Made by a program: the position numbers and the translations under genes. A stretch of DNA of 64,000 bases, from assembly GCA_043826565.1 (NCBI GenBank), contig JBDRPX010000025.1, positions 36,966-100,965 of the forward strand, written 5' to 3'. The DNA comes from Candidatus Omnitrophota bacterium (GTDB taxonomy: Bacteria > Omnitrophota > Gorgyraeia > B26-G9). Of the stretch, positions 1 to 9,315 are shown piece by piece (the stretch's first letter is position 1; every line of letters starts with the position of its first letter). The notes under the pieces are model-generated. The model did no database searches. It was not told the DNA's origin and worked only from the letters and a program-made list of their open reading frames with translations.

Positions 1-783
1 GGAATGACTGAGTCAATCAGCGCAGGAATATTGCAGGCGCATATTGATGGAATAGTTAATTCAGTATCGATAGTTAGCAATACTGAATCTTTTGAACAGG
101 CTGTTTCCAAGATAAAGGATGTCGAGGTCGATACGGGTATTCACCTGACTTTGAATTCCGGCAGGCCGTTATCTACTGCGATTAGGATACCTATTCTTAA
201 AAAAGACGGCACATTTTGGACAACTCCATTAAGAGCTCCTTTTTCTTATTTTTATTTAAGTTCTGAAGAAGAAAAATGGGTTAAGAACGAATTTCGCCGG
301 CAGATAGAAATGCTGTCGGATGCAGGAATAAATATTACTCATTTAGATTCACATTATCATATTCATGTTTTTCCGGCAATGGTGAAAATTGTTAGAGAAT
401 TAGTTGATGAGTTCAAAATTCCATATGTTAGAAAACCTGCGGAGCCTGAATTAATAAAAAGAGTGTTTAATCCATTTCATGGTTGTGTATCATTTTTTGC
501 GGTGCAAAACATTGCTACTGTTAATGCACACTCTTTGCCCTTTTACGGCTTGACTTTAGCCGGTCGCATAAATCATGATGTTTTATTGTCCATATTGAGA
601 AGTATTAGTACTGAAAATTCAGAAATAATGGTTCATCCCGGATTCAATTCCAGTGAAAATTTAAAGTATTATCCGCAGGGTGTAAATCATTTTGAAAAAG
701 AATTTAATGCACTTGTTCATCCGGGAGTAAAATCTGCACTAGGTACTTGTGCCATTAAACTTGTACTTAGAAATATGATATGA
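1..783 (+). CDS. ChbG/HpnK (YdjC) family carbohydrate deacetylase, probably 5'-partial
   Basis: Motifs GIHLTL, THLDSHYHIH and EIMVHPG. The frame is open from base 1 (GGA ATG = G-M of the usual DDxG-M motif), so the true start is probably upstream of the window. Confidence 0.85.
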   Translation, partial: GMTESISAGILQAHIDGIVNSVSIVSNTESFEQAVSKIKDVEVDTGIHLTLNSGRPLSTAIRIPILKKDGTFWTTPLRAPFSYFYLSSEEEKWVKNEFRRQIEMLSDAGINITHLDSHYHIHVFPAMVKIVRELVDEFKIPYVRKPAEPELIKRVFNPFHGCVSFFAVQNIATVNAHSLPFYGLTLAGRINHDVLLSILRSISTENSEIMVHPGFNSSENLKYYPQGVNHFEKEFNALVHPGVKSALGTCAIKLVLRNMI

Positions 784-805
784 TTTTAAAAAAATAAAAG
801 GCTTT

Positions 806-3697
806 ATGTTTAAAAAATATTTATTATTTATAATTTTGTTTTGTTTATTTTCTGGAGGGTGTTCCCAGGAAGGGAAAAAAACATTATTGGAGCTTAACTC
901 CGGAAATGCTTTTGAAGAAGATTTTAATGCAAGATCGGGAGTTTTTATAACTGTAGGACCTGTAAAGACTAAGGATGAACCAGTTATTTTAAATATTCAA
1001 ATAAAAAGAGCTAAGACAGCGGGGGAGGTACCTTTAATATCTAATGAAAAATGGGATGCTCCTTCTGAAGGAATATCGTTTCTTGATACAGATGCTTTGA
1101 TCAAGGAGGATCAGATGTTAGAGGGATGGAGTATCGTTTCTGTCTCCAAAGAGAATAAGGCGGCTATGATTGTTTGGCGTCCTCGAAAAAAAGAAATACA
1201 GTCTTCTGTAGGGGGTATTTATGATGCTTGCTGGCAATCTCCTTTGGAAACTCTGAAGAAAGGGGAAAACATATTTTATCTTGATAATCATGTGCAACTT
1301 TTGGCTGGAGATGTTCTGGGATTGTTTGTATACAAAGATATTCCCACGGCAATGAAGGATGAAAACTCCCTAAAGGCATATAAATATTACAAAGGAGGAA
1401 AGGCCGAAAGCATTAACACGAATATTGATGTTAAAGATACTGTTGGTGCCTATGCTTTTATGCCGTTTTCATATACTTCTTTTATTAATAAAAATTTTAA
1501 TATAGTTGAAGGGGCGGAGCAAATAGTGGAAGTTGAGCTGCCGAATTCAATAAAAAGCAATTACTACAGGATAAGGTTATCAGCTTCAGAAGGCAACTTA
1601 CAGATCCTTAATAATGCAAATAATAAACCGTATTGCTTGAAAAATGTGGCGAGTCTTGAAAATTATCCTAGAAGATTTTATTTTATCGGTTCATTGTTGG
1701 TTTTGCTGACGGCGTTACTTGTGTCCTTAAAAGGGCGAGTGTTTAATTTTATAGGGTTTTTAAATATTTTATTTGGAATAAAATTATTATTATTTAATGA
1801 TGCGGGTCCGATTTTTAGCTACTTTATTGCTTATATTCTTTTCTGGATAATACCCGTACTGGTTGTCTGGGAGTGGTTAAGCAAAAAGTTATCTGGGTTA
1901 CCAAATCTATTTAACTTTCTTGCCAGCCATATTATCTGGTTTGCCACCTTCCTTTTTGTCGGGAAACTGTTGTGTCGATTTAATCTAAACTTAAATATAT
2001 TAATATCCGGATTGTTAATTTTTAATTTTTTTGTTTATCTTGCCAAAAAGGAAAAAGTACACGATGCTTTTAAGTCTATTATATTGCACTTTGAAAGTGC
2101 CTCTTTTTTGTTTAAATTTTTGCTGACAACAGGAGGAGGAATTCTTTTCCTTGTCTGGGCACAGCAGGGGCTTTGGCAAAGAACTGACTTTGATGTATTT
2201 TGCTATGTGGCAATTGTAAATAAGCTTCTAGCTTCAGGTGCATTAGCTGCGGGGAATTATGATCCGTTTCTTGGCCCGCCGATTAGATTCATGGCTCCTT
2301 ATATTCAAAATCCAGAAGTTCTTTATCATGCTTTTTTATCTGTGGTAAGCAATCAAGATGTAAATATTGTATTTGCGGTCGGTGCATTGATTGTTACTGT
2401 ATTTTGGTGTTTTATTGCCGGGGGTTTTGCTTGGTATTTTTATCCGGGGAATAAACGGATTATTGGGTTGACATTCTTTTTTGCAGTTGTTTTGCAAATT
2501 TCAAATCGGCTTTTTAGTGTTCCTCTTTTTGTCCACAATGCTAATCCCGGGGCTACGGGGCATGTTGTGCTTTTATCAATGGTCTTGTTCCATAATATGT
2601 TTAATAGTACTAATAATCGATGGATGCTTGGTATTGCTGTAACAGCTTTAACTGCTGCTTTACTTTGTCATGTTGAGTTTGTGATTTTCACTTTGTTCTA
2701 TTGTTTGATTACGGCAGGTGATTGGATTATTAGATGTTTATATAAGAAGAAGTGGTCTTTTGAAGAACCGGTTTTTTTAATCGCTAGTGCTCTTTTGATT
2801 ACGACGGCTTATTTACTGATGCCCAGAGGCATTATGAATGATAATGCTTTTCAAATGGGAACATTTTACCCGTCAAATTATATAGAATGGTTTGGCCAAA
2901 AAATAGTGGATCCTAAAATTGTTTTTACGAATGATGGAGTATATTGGGTGAGAAACATTGGTTATATTATTGCTTTTATTTTTTTAGCGATAAAATCTCA
3001 AAGAGAGCGGCGTTTTACTAGAATTTTGTCCGTTGCGGCAATTATGCTGCCGATTTTTTACTTTATTCCAGGGATTCCCGGCTTATTGGTATCTAGGATA
3101 TCTGAAATAGGATTTATGCGTCTTATGGATGGCTGGAGTGATTTTTTTATTATTTTAGGCCTAATTGTGTTTGCTTTTTATGTTGATAAGCTTTTAATGA
3201 AATATTTAGTATTGAGACATCGGGAGCTTTTTCTTGTCATTTTAGTGGTTTTCGTTATGGGAGTTGTAAGCTGTTCAAAATTGTTTCTGCCTCCGAATAG
3301 ATATGATTATGTGCACGTATTTAGGGTTAAGAGCTTGCCACTTTTAAGACATTTAAAGCAATACTATACTAATGATTTACTAATTACCGAGACTTCGCGG
3401 GCATATTGGATGGGAGCACAATTGCCGGGATATGTTTATGCGTATATGGTGGGCAGACTTCGGACCTATTATGATGGAGCGGGAGCGCGGGTAGAGGCTA
3501 ATGAGAGAATATGGCAGCATGATGGTTCTCCCCAGGAGATAGCGCAGATGGTGAGGAATCTATCTCCGGCAAATGTGCTTATCGGAAAGAAGGAGAAATA
3601 TTATACTGATTTTTTGCATAATGAGTTTTTTATAGTTTTATATGAAGATGATCAATGGGCATTGTTTGGACTAAAACATAAGGGTTTTTATCAATAA
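806..3697 (+). CDS. Large polytopic membrane protein with N-terminal signal/lipoprotein-like sequence and extracytoplasmic domain; possible GT-C-fold glycosyltransferase
   Basis: 963-aa ORF. N-terminal hydrophobic stretch ending LFSGGC, a ~270-aa soluble domain, then many TM segments with a DFD motif after a TM helix; located in the glycan locus. Confidence 0.55.
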   Translation: MFKKYLLFIILFCLFSGGCSQEGKKTLLELNSGNAFEEDFNARSGVFITVGPVKTKDEPVILNIQIKRAKTAGEVPLISNEKWDAPSEGISFLDTDALIKEDQMLEGWSIVSVSKENKAAMIVWRPRKKEIQSSVGGIYDACWQSPLETLKKGENIFYLDNHVQLLAGDVLGLFVYKDIPTAMKDENSLKAYKYYKGGKAESINTNIDVKDTVGAYAFMPFSYTSFINKNFNIVEGAEQIVEVELPNSIKSNYYRIRLSASEGNLQILNNANNKPYCLKNVASLENYPRRFYFIGSLLVLLTALLVSLKGRVFNFIGFLNILFGIKLLLFNDAGPIFSYFIAYILFWIIPVLVVWEWLSKKLSGLPNLFNFLASHIIWFATFLFVGKLLCRFNLNLNILISGLLIFNFFVYLAKKEKVHDAFKSIILHFESASFLFKFLLTTGGGILFLVWAQQGLWQRTDFDVFCYVAIVNKLLASGALAAGNYDPFLGPPIRFMAPYIQNPEVLYHAFLSVVSNQDVNIVFAVGALIVTVFWCFIAGGFAWYFYPGNKRIIGLTFFFAVVLQISNRLFSVPLFVHNANPGATGHVVLLSMVLFHNMFNSTNNRWMLGIAVTALTAALLCHVEFVIFTLFYCLITAGDWIIRCLYKKKWSFEEPVFLIASALLITTAYLLMPRGIMNDNAFQMGTFYPSNYIEWFGQKIVDPKIVFTNDGVYWVRNIGYIIAFIFLAIKSQRERRFTRILSVAAIMLPIFYFIPGIPGLLVSRISEIGFMRLMDGWSDFFIILGLIVFAFYVDKLLMKYLVLRHRELFLVILVVFVMGVVSCSKLFLPPNRYDYVHVFRVKSLPLLRHLKQYYTNDLLITETSRAYWMGAQLPGYVYAYMVGRLRTYYDGAGARVEANERIWQHDGSPQEIAQMVRNLSPANVLIGKKEKYYTDFLHNEFFIVLYEDDQWALFGLKHKGFYQ

Positions 3698-3772
3698 TTA
3701 ATTGAAATTTGCCGGAAATTACTTTATTATAATACAACTGTGGGTTTCTTTAAAAAAGAGGAAAAATTCAAT

Positions 3773-5206
3773 ATGAAATTTAAAAAAGTTTTATTAGTTA
3801 GATTGCCCTATTATGGAACTTTTCTGGGAGATGCTTCGTCTCTTCCTGTGGGGCTTGGATATGTGGCGGAGTCTCTTTACAATCACGGTATTGAGTATAA
3901 TGTGCTTGATTTGGGGTTGTCGGAACATAAACAAAAAGATCTGTTTGATAAAATAGAGCAATATCGTCCGGACCTTATTGGTATTACTATGATGACCATG
4001 CATTATAAGTTTCATTATGAGGCAATCAACGAGATAAAAAAAAGATTTGCTGATGTGAAAATAGTTGTGGGAGGGCCTCATTTATCAACATTTAGAAACA
4101 AAGTATTAGAAGAATGTAAAAGTATTGATTTTGGTGTTGTTTTAGAAGGAGAAGAGACGATTATTGAATTATGCCGCGGTGACGAGCATTCTCAAATTAA
4201 AGGAATTATATATAGGGAAAGAGGGGGAGTTGTTTATTCTGGGGATAGGCCTTTACGTCGTGACCTGGATAATGTTGCTTTTCCTCGATATCGCAATTTT
4301 GAGGTTTCTAAATATCTTGCTAATTCTATTGGAATGCAAACGACAAGAGGATGCCCATACGATTGTATTTATTGCCCCGTTCAATTGGCGATAGGAAAGC
4401 AGTTTAGGGCGCGAAGCCCGGAAAGTATTATCGAGGAGATGATATTTTGGTATGGACAAGGCAAGAGAAACTTTGCTATCTGGGATGATAATTTTACTCT
4501 TATTCAAGACAGGGTATTTAAAATTTGTGATTTAATAGAAAAAAACAAATTTAAGGATTTGTGGATAAGCATCCCTAATGGGATAAGATCAGACAAGGCT
4601 TCATATGAACTTCTTAAGCGGATGCATGAAGTTGGTTTCAGCATGCTTTCTTTTGGAGTTGAGGCTGGGAATAACCGTATATTAAAGAATTTGAAAAAGG
4701 GAACTAATATAGAAAGTATGGAGCGGGCGGTTAAAGATGCCTGCAGTCTGGGATATGAAGTTTATCTTTATTTTATAATTGGTTCTCCGGGGGAAACATG
4801 GAAAGATTTTCAGGACTCACTTAATTTCGCAAAAAGGCATCCGGCGGCGGAAGCTAGATTTTATACTCTTATTCCGTTTCCGAATACTGAACTGTATGAA
4901 TGGGTAAAGAAAAATAATTATTTTATTCGCCAACCAGAAGAATACCTGAATACTGCGGATCATTTTATTAATGCTCCTTGTTTTGCTACTCCGGAAATGT
5001 CTGAAAAACAAAGAAGAAAAGCTTTTAAACAAGGCTGGCAATTAACACAAAAATTCAAGATGACTACAAAGATGAAAAGCTTAAAAAAATCTGGTATATT
5101 TAAAAAGCCTCTTGCGGGATTTCTAATATCAGATTTTTATAAAAAGCTGTATAAAAATAAATGGTTTAGAAATCTGATTGTTGTTCCGTTGAGAAAAATT
5201 AAGTAA
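3773..5206 (+). CDS. B12-binding domain radical SAM protein
   Basis: N-terminal cobalamin-binding-like domain (LPVGLGYVA, VVGGPH, GEGE) and RGCPYDCIYC. ATG at 3773 after GAGG is preferred to GTG 3740. Confidence 0.9.
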   Translation: MKFKKVLLVRLPYYGTFLGDASSLPVGLGYVAESLYNHGIEYNVLDLGLSEHKQKDLFDKIEQYRPDLIGITMMTMHYKFHYEAINEIKKRFADVKIVVGGPHLSTFRNKVLEECKSIDFGVVLEGEETIIELCRGDEHSQIKGIIYRERGGVVYSGDRPLRRDLDNVAFPRYRNFEVSKYLANSIGMQTTRGCPYDCIYCPVQLAIGKQFRARSPESIIEEMIFWYGQGKRNFAIWDDNFTLIQDRVFKICDLIEKNKFKDLWISIPNGIRSDKASYELLKRMHEVGFSMLSFGVEAGNNRILKNLKKGTNIESMERAVKDACSLGYEVYLYFIIGSPGETWKDFQDSLNFAKRHPAAEARFYTLIPFPNTELYEWVKKNNYFIRQPEEYLNTADHFINAPCFATPEMSEKQRRKAFKQGWQLTQKFKMTTKMKSLKKSGIFKKPLAGFLISDFYKKLYKNKWFRNLIVVPLRKIK

Positions 5207-5247
5207 TTATAACTATGGTATATATGCGAATGTTGGAATAATTATAA

Positions 5248-6696
5248 ATGGAAGTAGCTAATAATAAATTGCCTTGTTTAACTTCAAAAAACAATAATTT
5301 AACAGCTTTGATGCTGATGGCATTAATAATGGTGCTATTAGCTGGTTTTTTTTGTTCTTTCTGGGTGAAAATTTTCTTTTTTTTGCTTTTGATCTTAGTG
5401 TTTTTATTAGTAATTTTTGATGATTCGAAAAAAGGGATTCTATTCTTTGCTGCTTCTTTAGCTTTTGCTCCGCCATTGTATCTCATAGCTCCGGTGCATT
5501 TTATTTTTCGTTCAATAAGATTGTATGAGGTTTTGCTATGTATTATCCTGATTTTTGTACTATTACAAACATTAAAATCAGAAAAGAGATTTTTTCATAA
5601 GACTTTATTTGATGTGCCGATTTTATGCATGCTGGGCATATGGATGCTTTCGGTGTTTAACGGCATTTATTTACAGCAGGATTTTTATTTGCGTGATTTT
5701 TTTGAATTTTTGAAGCCGATCCGGTTATTTCTCATATTGCAAATAGTAATTTTTCTTGTTAAAGAAAAAGAATATGCCAAAAAGCTCTTAAGTTTTTTGG
5801 TAGTATTTAGTATTTTTCCCCAATTACTGGGCATTGGGGAGCACTTTAACCTTTTAGGGATAAGAAGATTTATAGCTACAACATATACCGGATATGAATA
5901 TTCTTCAATAATCGCAGGCGGTTTTGATGTGTATGGAGCGGGATTTTTGCATAAGTTCCGAACGTCTTCGATTTTTGTGGGAGATGTGAATGCTTTTGGC
6001 GGGTATTCAGCAATATTTTTTATAATGGCGTTTATATTTTTTATGTATGTGCCTAAAATAAAGAGTAAGATTTTATTTTCTCTGATAGCTCTTTTAAATT
6101 TTTACGGGGTGATTGTTTCAGGGTCAAGAAAAAGTTTGATTTGTGTTGTGTTTGGGATATTGCTCTTTCTTTTATTTAAAATAAGAAAACTACTAAAAGC
6201 TGTACCGCTGGTGATTATAGGTGTTTTAATAATTTTAAAACTGGCTCCGGGCTACTATCTGGAGAGGTTTTTTTTTCATTGGGATTATAAAATAAATAAT
6301 ATTTTAAGGTTATTCAGTCAATTTAGTGAGTTTGGAATTGCGGAATCTCTCATCGGTCGGGGGACGATGCATGAGTTCGGGGCGGATAGTTTTCATCTTA
6401 AATTACTTATTCGAAACGGATTGCTAGGTCTTATTGCACATTTTGTTTTGGTATTTGTAATGCTTAAAATAGCATTTTTTGTGATTAAACATTCTAAACA
6501 TTGGTTTGATGAAATGATCGGAGTAATGGCGTTAATTCTTATTATAAATATGGAATGGCTTAATGTTACGGGATTGTATTTTTATGCCGGCAGAATCTCA
6601 GAGAGTTTCTGGATTGTCTTAGGGGTGCTTTATGCTGTTTATAGAAATATTAGAGCTGATAATTTGCAATTAATAGGGGCTAAGGGGCTAAATTAA
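5248..6696 (+). CDS. O-antigen ligase/polymerase (Wzy_C/WaaL-like) membrane protein
   Basis: About 12 TM segments, R-x-S-S-x-F...N-x-FG and SGSRK motifs, periplasmic loop followed by GLLG. Confidence 0.7.
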   Translation: MEVANNKLPCLTSKNNNLTALMLMALIMVLLAGFFCSFWVKIFFFLLLILVFLLVIFDDSKKGILFFAASLAFAPPLYLIAPVHFIFRSIRLYEVLLCIILIFVLLQTLKSEKRFFHKTLFDVPILCMLGIWMLSVFNGIYLQQDFYLRDFFEFLKPIRLFLILQIVIFLVKEKEYAKKLLSFLVVFSIFPQLLGIGEHFNLLGIRRFIATTYTGYEYSSIIAGGFDVYGAGFLHKFRTSSIFVGDVNAFGGYSAIFFIMAFIFFMYVPKIKSKILFSLIALLNFYGVIVSGSRKSLICVVFGILLFLLFKIRKLLKAVPLVIIGVLIILKLAPGYYLERFFFHWDYKINNILRLFSQFSEFGIAESLIGRGTMHEFGADSFHLKLLIRNGLLGLIAHFVLVFVMLKIAFFVIKHSKHWFDEMIGVMALILIINMEWLNVTGLYFYAGRISESFWIVLGVLYAVYRNIRADNLQLIGAKGLN

Positions 6697-6709
6697 AAAG
6701 GAAATTTAA

Positions 6710-6750
6710 TCCTCAAAATTCTATAAGATATATAGAATTTTTTTTGAGGA
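6710..6750. other. Intergenic inverted repeat (possible terminator or processing hairpin)
   Basis: TCCTCAAAATTCTATA ... TATAGAATTTTTTTTGAGGA pair, with a T bulge. Confidence 0.45.
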
Positions 6751-6817
6751 GATGTGTCCGAGAGACAATGTAAATATTTATGGATCAGCTTAAAAAAAGA
6801 AAAATAGTTAAAATAAT

Positions 6818-7774
6818 ATGAGTGAAAAATTGTCAATCTCAATCATAACAATGAATAATATGGAGATGAACCGGAATTGTCTCCGGTCGATTTTTGAGTA
6901 TAGCCAAGGATTTTCGTTTAAAGTATTTGTTTTAGACAATAATTCAAAAGATGGTACTGTAAATATGATCAAAGAGGAGTTTCCTCAGGTTGAACTGATT
7001 GAAAGTAATGTTAACCGCTGGTTTACTTCTAACCAGAATATAGTATTAAAGCGAGTACAAACTGAGTATGTTTTATTGCTTAATAATGATACTTTATTTT
7101 TAGATGATTCGATTAAATTAATGGTTGATTTTCTCGAAACTCACGAAGATGCCGGAGCGGTCGCCTGTAAAATCCTAAACCCTGATCATAGTTTTCAAAA
7201 AACCACGCTAAGATGTGATTATGATTTACTAACTAATTTTTCTATCAAAACTGGGCTGGTTAAGTTATTTCCCAAAAACAGGATATGGGGGCGTCCGTTC
7301 ATGGGATATGCCGACCGGGAAGCGGTACAGCAGATAGATGTCTATTCCGGAGCATGTGTGATGTTTAGAAAAAAAGTAATTGATGATACGGGGCTTCTTG
7401 ATGAAAACATAAGCTTTGGCCCGGATGATTATGATTACAGTTTGAGAATGAGAAAAAAAGGATGGAAGATATACTATCTGCCCACAGCCAAAGTGATACA
7501 TCTTGATAAACAAACAAGGAAAACTAATTCTGAGTTTCTCCTAGAAGAAGTGAAAGGAATTTTATATTTTTATCTTAAACATTACGGCAAGCTTCAGACA
7601 TTTATTCTGCAAATTCTTATGCTTTATGGAGCATTGTTGAAACCAGTTTACTGGATATATTTAATTTTGTGCAGGAAGCTTACCTTAAGTGAATTAAAAG
7701 ATAATTGTGCGATACATCTTAAATTTTTGAAACTTGTGATATTTTATTCAGGGGCAAAGTTTCATGTGCTTTGA
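6818..7774 (+). CDS. Glycosyltransferase family 2 (GT2-like_c)
   Basis: VLDNNSKDGT, LLNND, SGACVMFR and DDYDYSLR motifs. Confidence 0.9.
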   Translation: MSEKLSISIITMNNMEMNRNCLRSIFEYSQGFSFKVFVLDNNSKDGTVNMIKEEFPQVELIESNVNRWFTSNQNIVLKRVQTEYVLLLNNDTLFLDDSIKLMVDFLETHEDAGAVACKILNPDHSFQKTTLRCDYDLLTNFSIKTGLVKLFPKNRIWGRPFMGYADREAVQQIDVYSGACVMFRKKVIDDTGLLDENISFGPDDYDYSLRMRKKGWKIYYLPTAKVIHLDKQTRKTNSEFLLEEVKGILYFYLKHYGKLQTFILQILMLYGALLKPVYWIYLILCRKLTLSELKDNCAIHLKFLKLVIFYSGAKFHVL

Positions 7775-7809
7775 TTAAATAGTTAAATTTTGTCGAAAAA
7801 GGAAGTTTT

Positions 7810-9315
7810 ATGCAAGCAGATGCTAAGAGAAAAATTCAAAGGATTCTTTTGATACAGCCTCCATGGTATAGATTGTTTGGCAGTGGAGTAACGGTTAAGA
7901 TTCCTTTAGGATTATGTTATATGTCTGCTGTGCTTAATAAAAACGGATTGGATGCCAGTGTTTATGATGCTGAATTCGCCTCCGGGGAGAGTACGAATCT
8001 TTCTATTTTCGGCATGACTAAGAATATAGACAGCTATCTTGATAAAAACAAAGATCTAAATATGCCGGTGTGGAAGAATGTTGAGAAAAAAATCAGAGAG
8101 TATAATCCTGATGCAGTAGGGATTAGTGTAAAGACTCCTACTTTACGCTCAGGTCTAAATATTGCCAAAATATGTAAGAAAATCAACCCCCAGATGAGTG
8201 TGATTATGGGGGGAGTCCATGCGAGTTGTCTTCCTAAACAAACAGTTTCTTTTTCTGAAGTTGATTTTGTTGTTATCGGCGAAGGAGAGTATACACTTGT
8301 TGATCTAATAAAACGATTAAATTCCGGAGCTGATATTAATGATTGCCCTGGGATTGCTTATAAGAACAAAAATGGAGAAGTGGTTATTAATTCACCCCGT
8401 AAACTTATTGCAAACCTGGATGAATTACCTGTTCCCGATAGGGATAACTTATTGGATAAAAATGAGTACCCTAAGGATAGTTATGGAGAAATATTTACCG
8501 GAAGGGGCTGTCCTTATAGTTGTATTTTTTGTGCTTCAAAAAGTATCTGGGGTCAAAAAACAAGGCATCGGACATCTGAAAAAGTGGTGGAAGAGATTGA
8601 ATTGGTACATAGAAAATACGGTACGGGATATTTTTGCATAGAAGATGATACTTTTATGATGGATAAGAAAAAGATGAATGAGTTTTGCGATTTGCTTATT
8701 AAAAAGAAATTACCCATTAAGTGGGATTGTGAAACTAGAGTTAATCTGGTTACCGAAGAGGCTTTAAAAAAGATAAAAGATGCTGGATGCGTATTGCTCA
8801 ATGTCGGGGTTGAATCAGGAAGTGATGAAACGCTTAAGAAAATAAAAAAGGGTATAACGGTTAATCAGATAGAGAAAGCTTTTAAACTGATCCGCAGAGC
8901 TAAAATTCCGGTAAGTGCTTTTATTATGATTGGTTTCCCATGGGAGAAAAAGGAAGATATGATCCGAACGGTAGATTTTGCGCAGAGTCTCTCTCCTCAG
9001 AGATTGGTTTTAAGTGTGGTAACTCCGTATCCGGGTATTGAACTGTTTGATATTTGTAATGCGCAATACAATATGCAACTTGACGAGAATTGCAAATGGG
9101 AAGAGTTTTTTCATCAAAGTAATAAAGTGGTTCTTCCGGATATGGATAAGAAGGAATTTCATGATCTGGTGGAGGTCTTGGAAAAAAGAGTTATGAATTA
9201 TACTACCCAGATGAGGTTTAAGAGTGCGGAGTTTTGGAAAGCGAGATTTTCAATGTACTTAAAAAGACCGAAAAAAATTATTGATGATATAACTTCTTTG
9301 GTGAAACAGATATGA
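7810..9315 (+). CDS. B12-binding domain radical SAM protein
   Basis: PLGLCYMSA, MGGVHAS, GEGE, RGCPYSCIFC, GVESGS. Confidence 0.9.
   Translation: MQADAKRKIQRILLIQPPWYRLFGSGVTVKIPLGLCYMSAVLNKNGLDASVYDAEFASGESTNLSIFGMTKNIDSYLDKNKDLNMPVWKNVEKKIREYNPDAVGISVKTPTLRSGLNIAKICKKINPQMSVIMGGVHASCLPKQTVSFSEVDFVVIGEGEYTLVDLIKRLNSGADINDCPGIAYKNKNGEVVINSPRKLIANLDELPVPDRDNLLDKNEYPKDSYGEIFTGRGCPYSCIFCASKSIWGQKTRHRTSEKVVEEIELVHRKYGTGYFCIEDDTFMMDKKKMNEFCDLLIKKKLPIKWDCETRVNLVTEEALKKIKDAGCVLLNVGVESGSDETLKKIKKGITVNQIEKAFKLIRRAKIPVSAFIMIGFPWEKKEDMIRTVDFAQSLSPQRLVLSVVTPYPGIELFDICNAQYNMQLDENCKWEEFFHQSNKVVLPDMDKKEFHDLVEVLEKRVMNYTTQMRFKSAEFWKARFSMYLKRPKKIIDDITSLVKQI

Noticed and set aside
1-783. Hopanoid cluster (HpnK-like deacetylase plus HpnJ-like radical SAM)
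   Set aside because: No squalene-hopene cyclase or other hpn genes in the window; the two genes are 25 kb apart in a glycan context.
6675-6690. AGGGGCTA x2 at the end of the ligase-like gene
   Set aside because: Only two 8-bp copies; compatible with chance.
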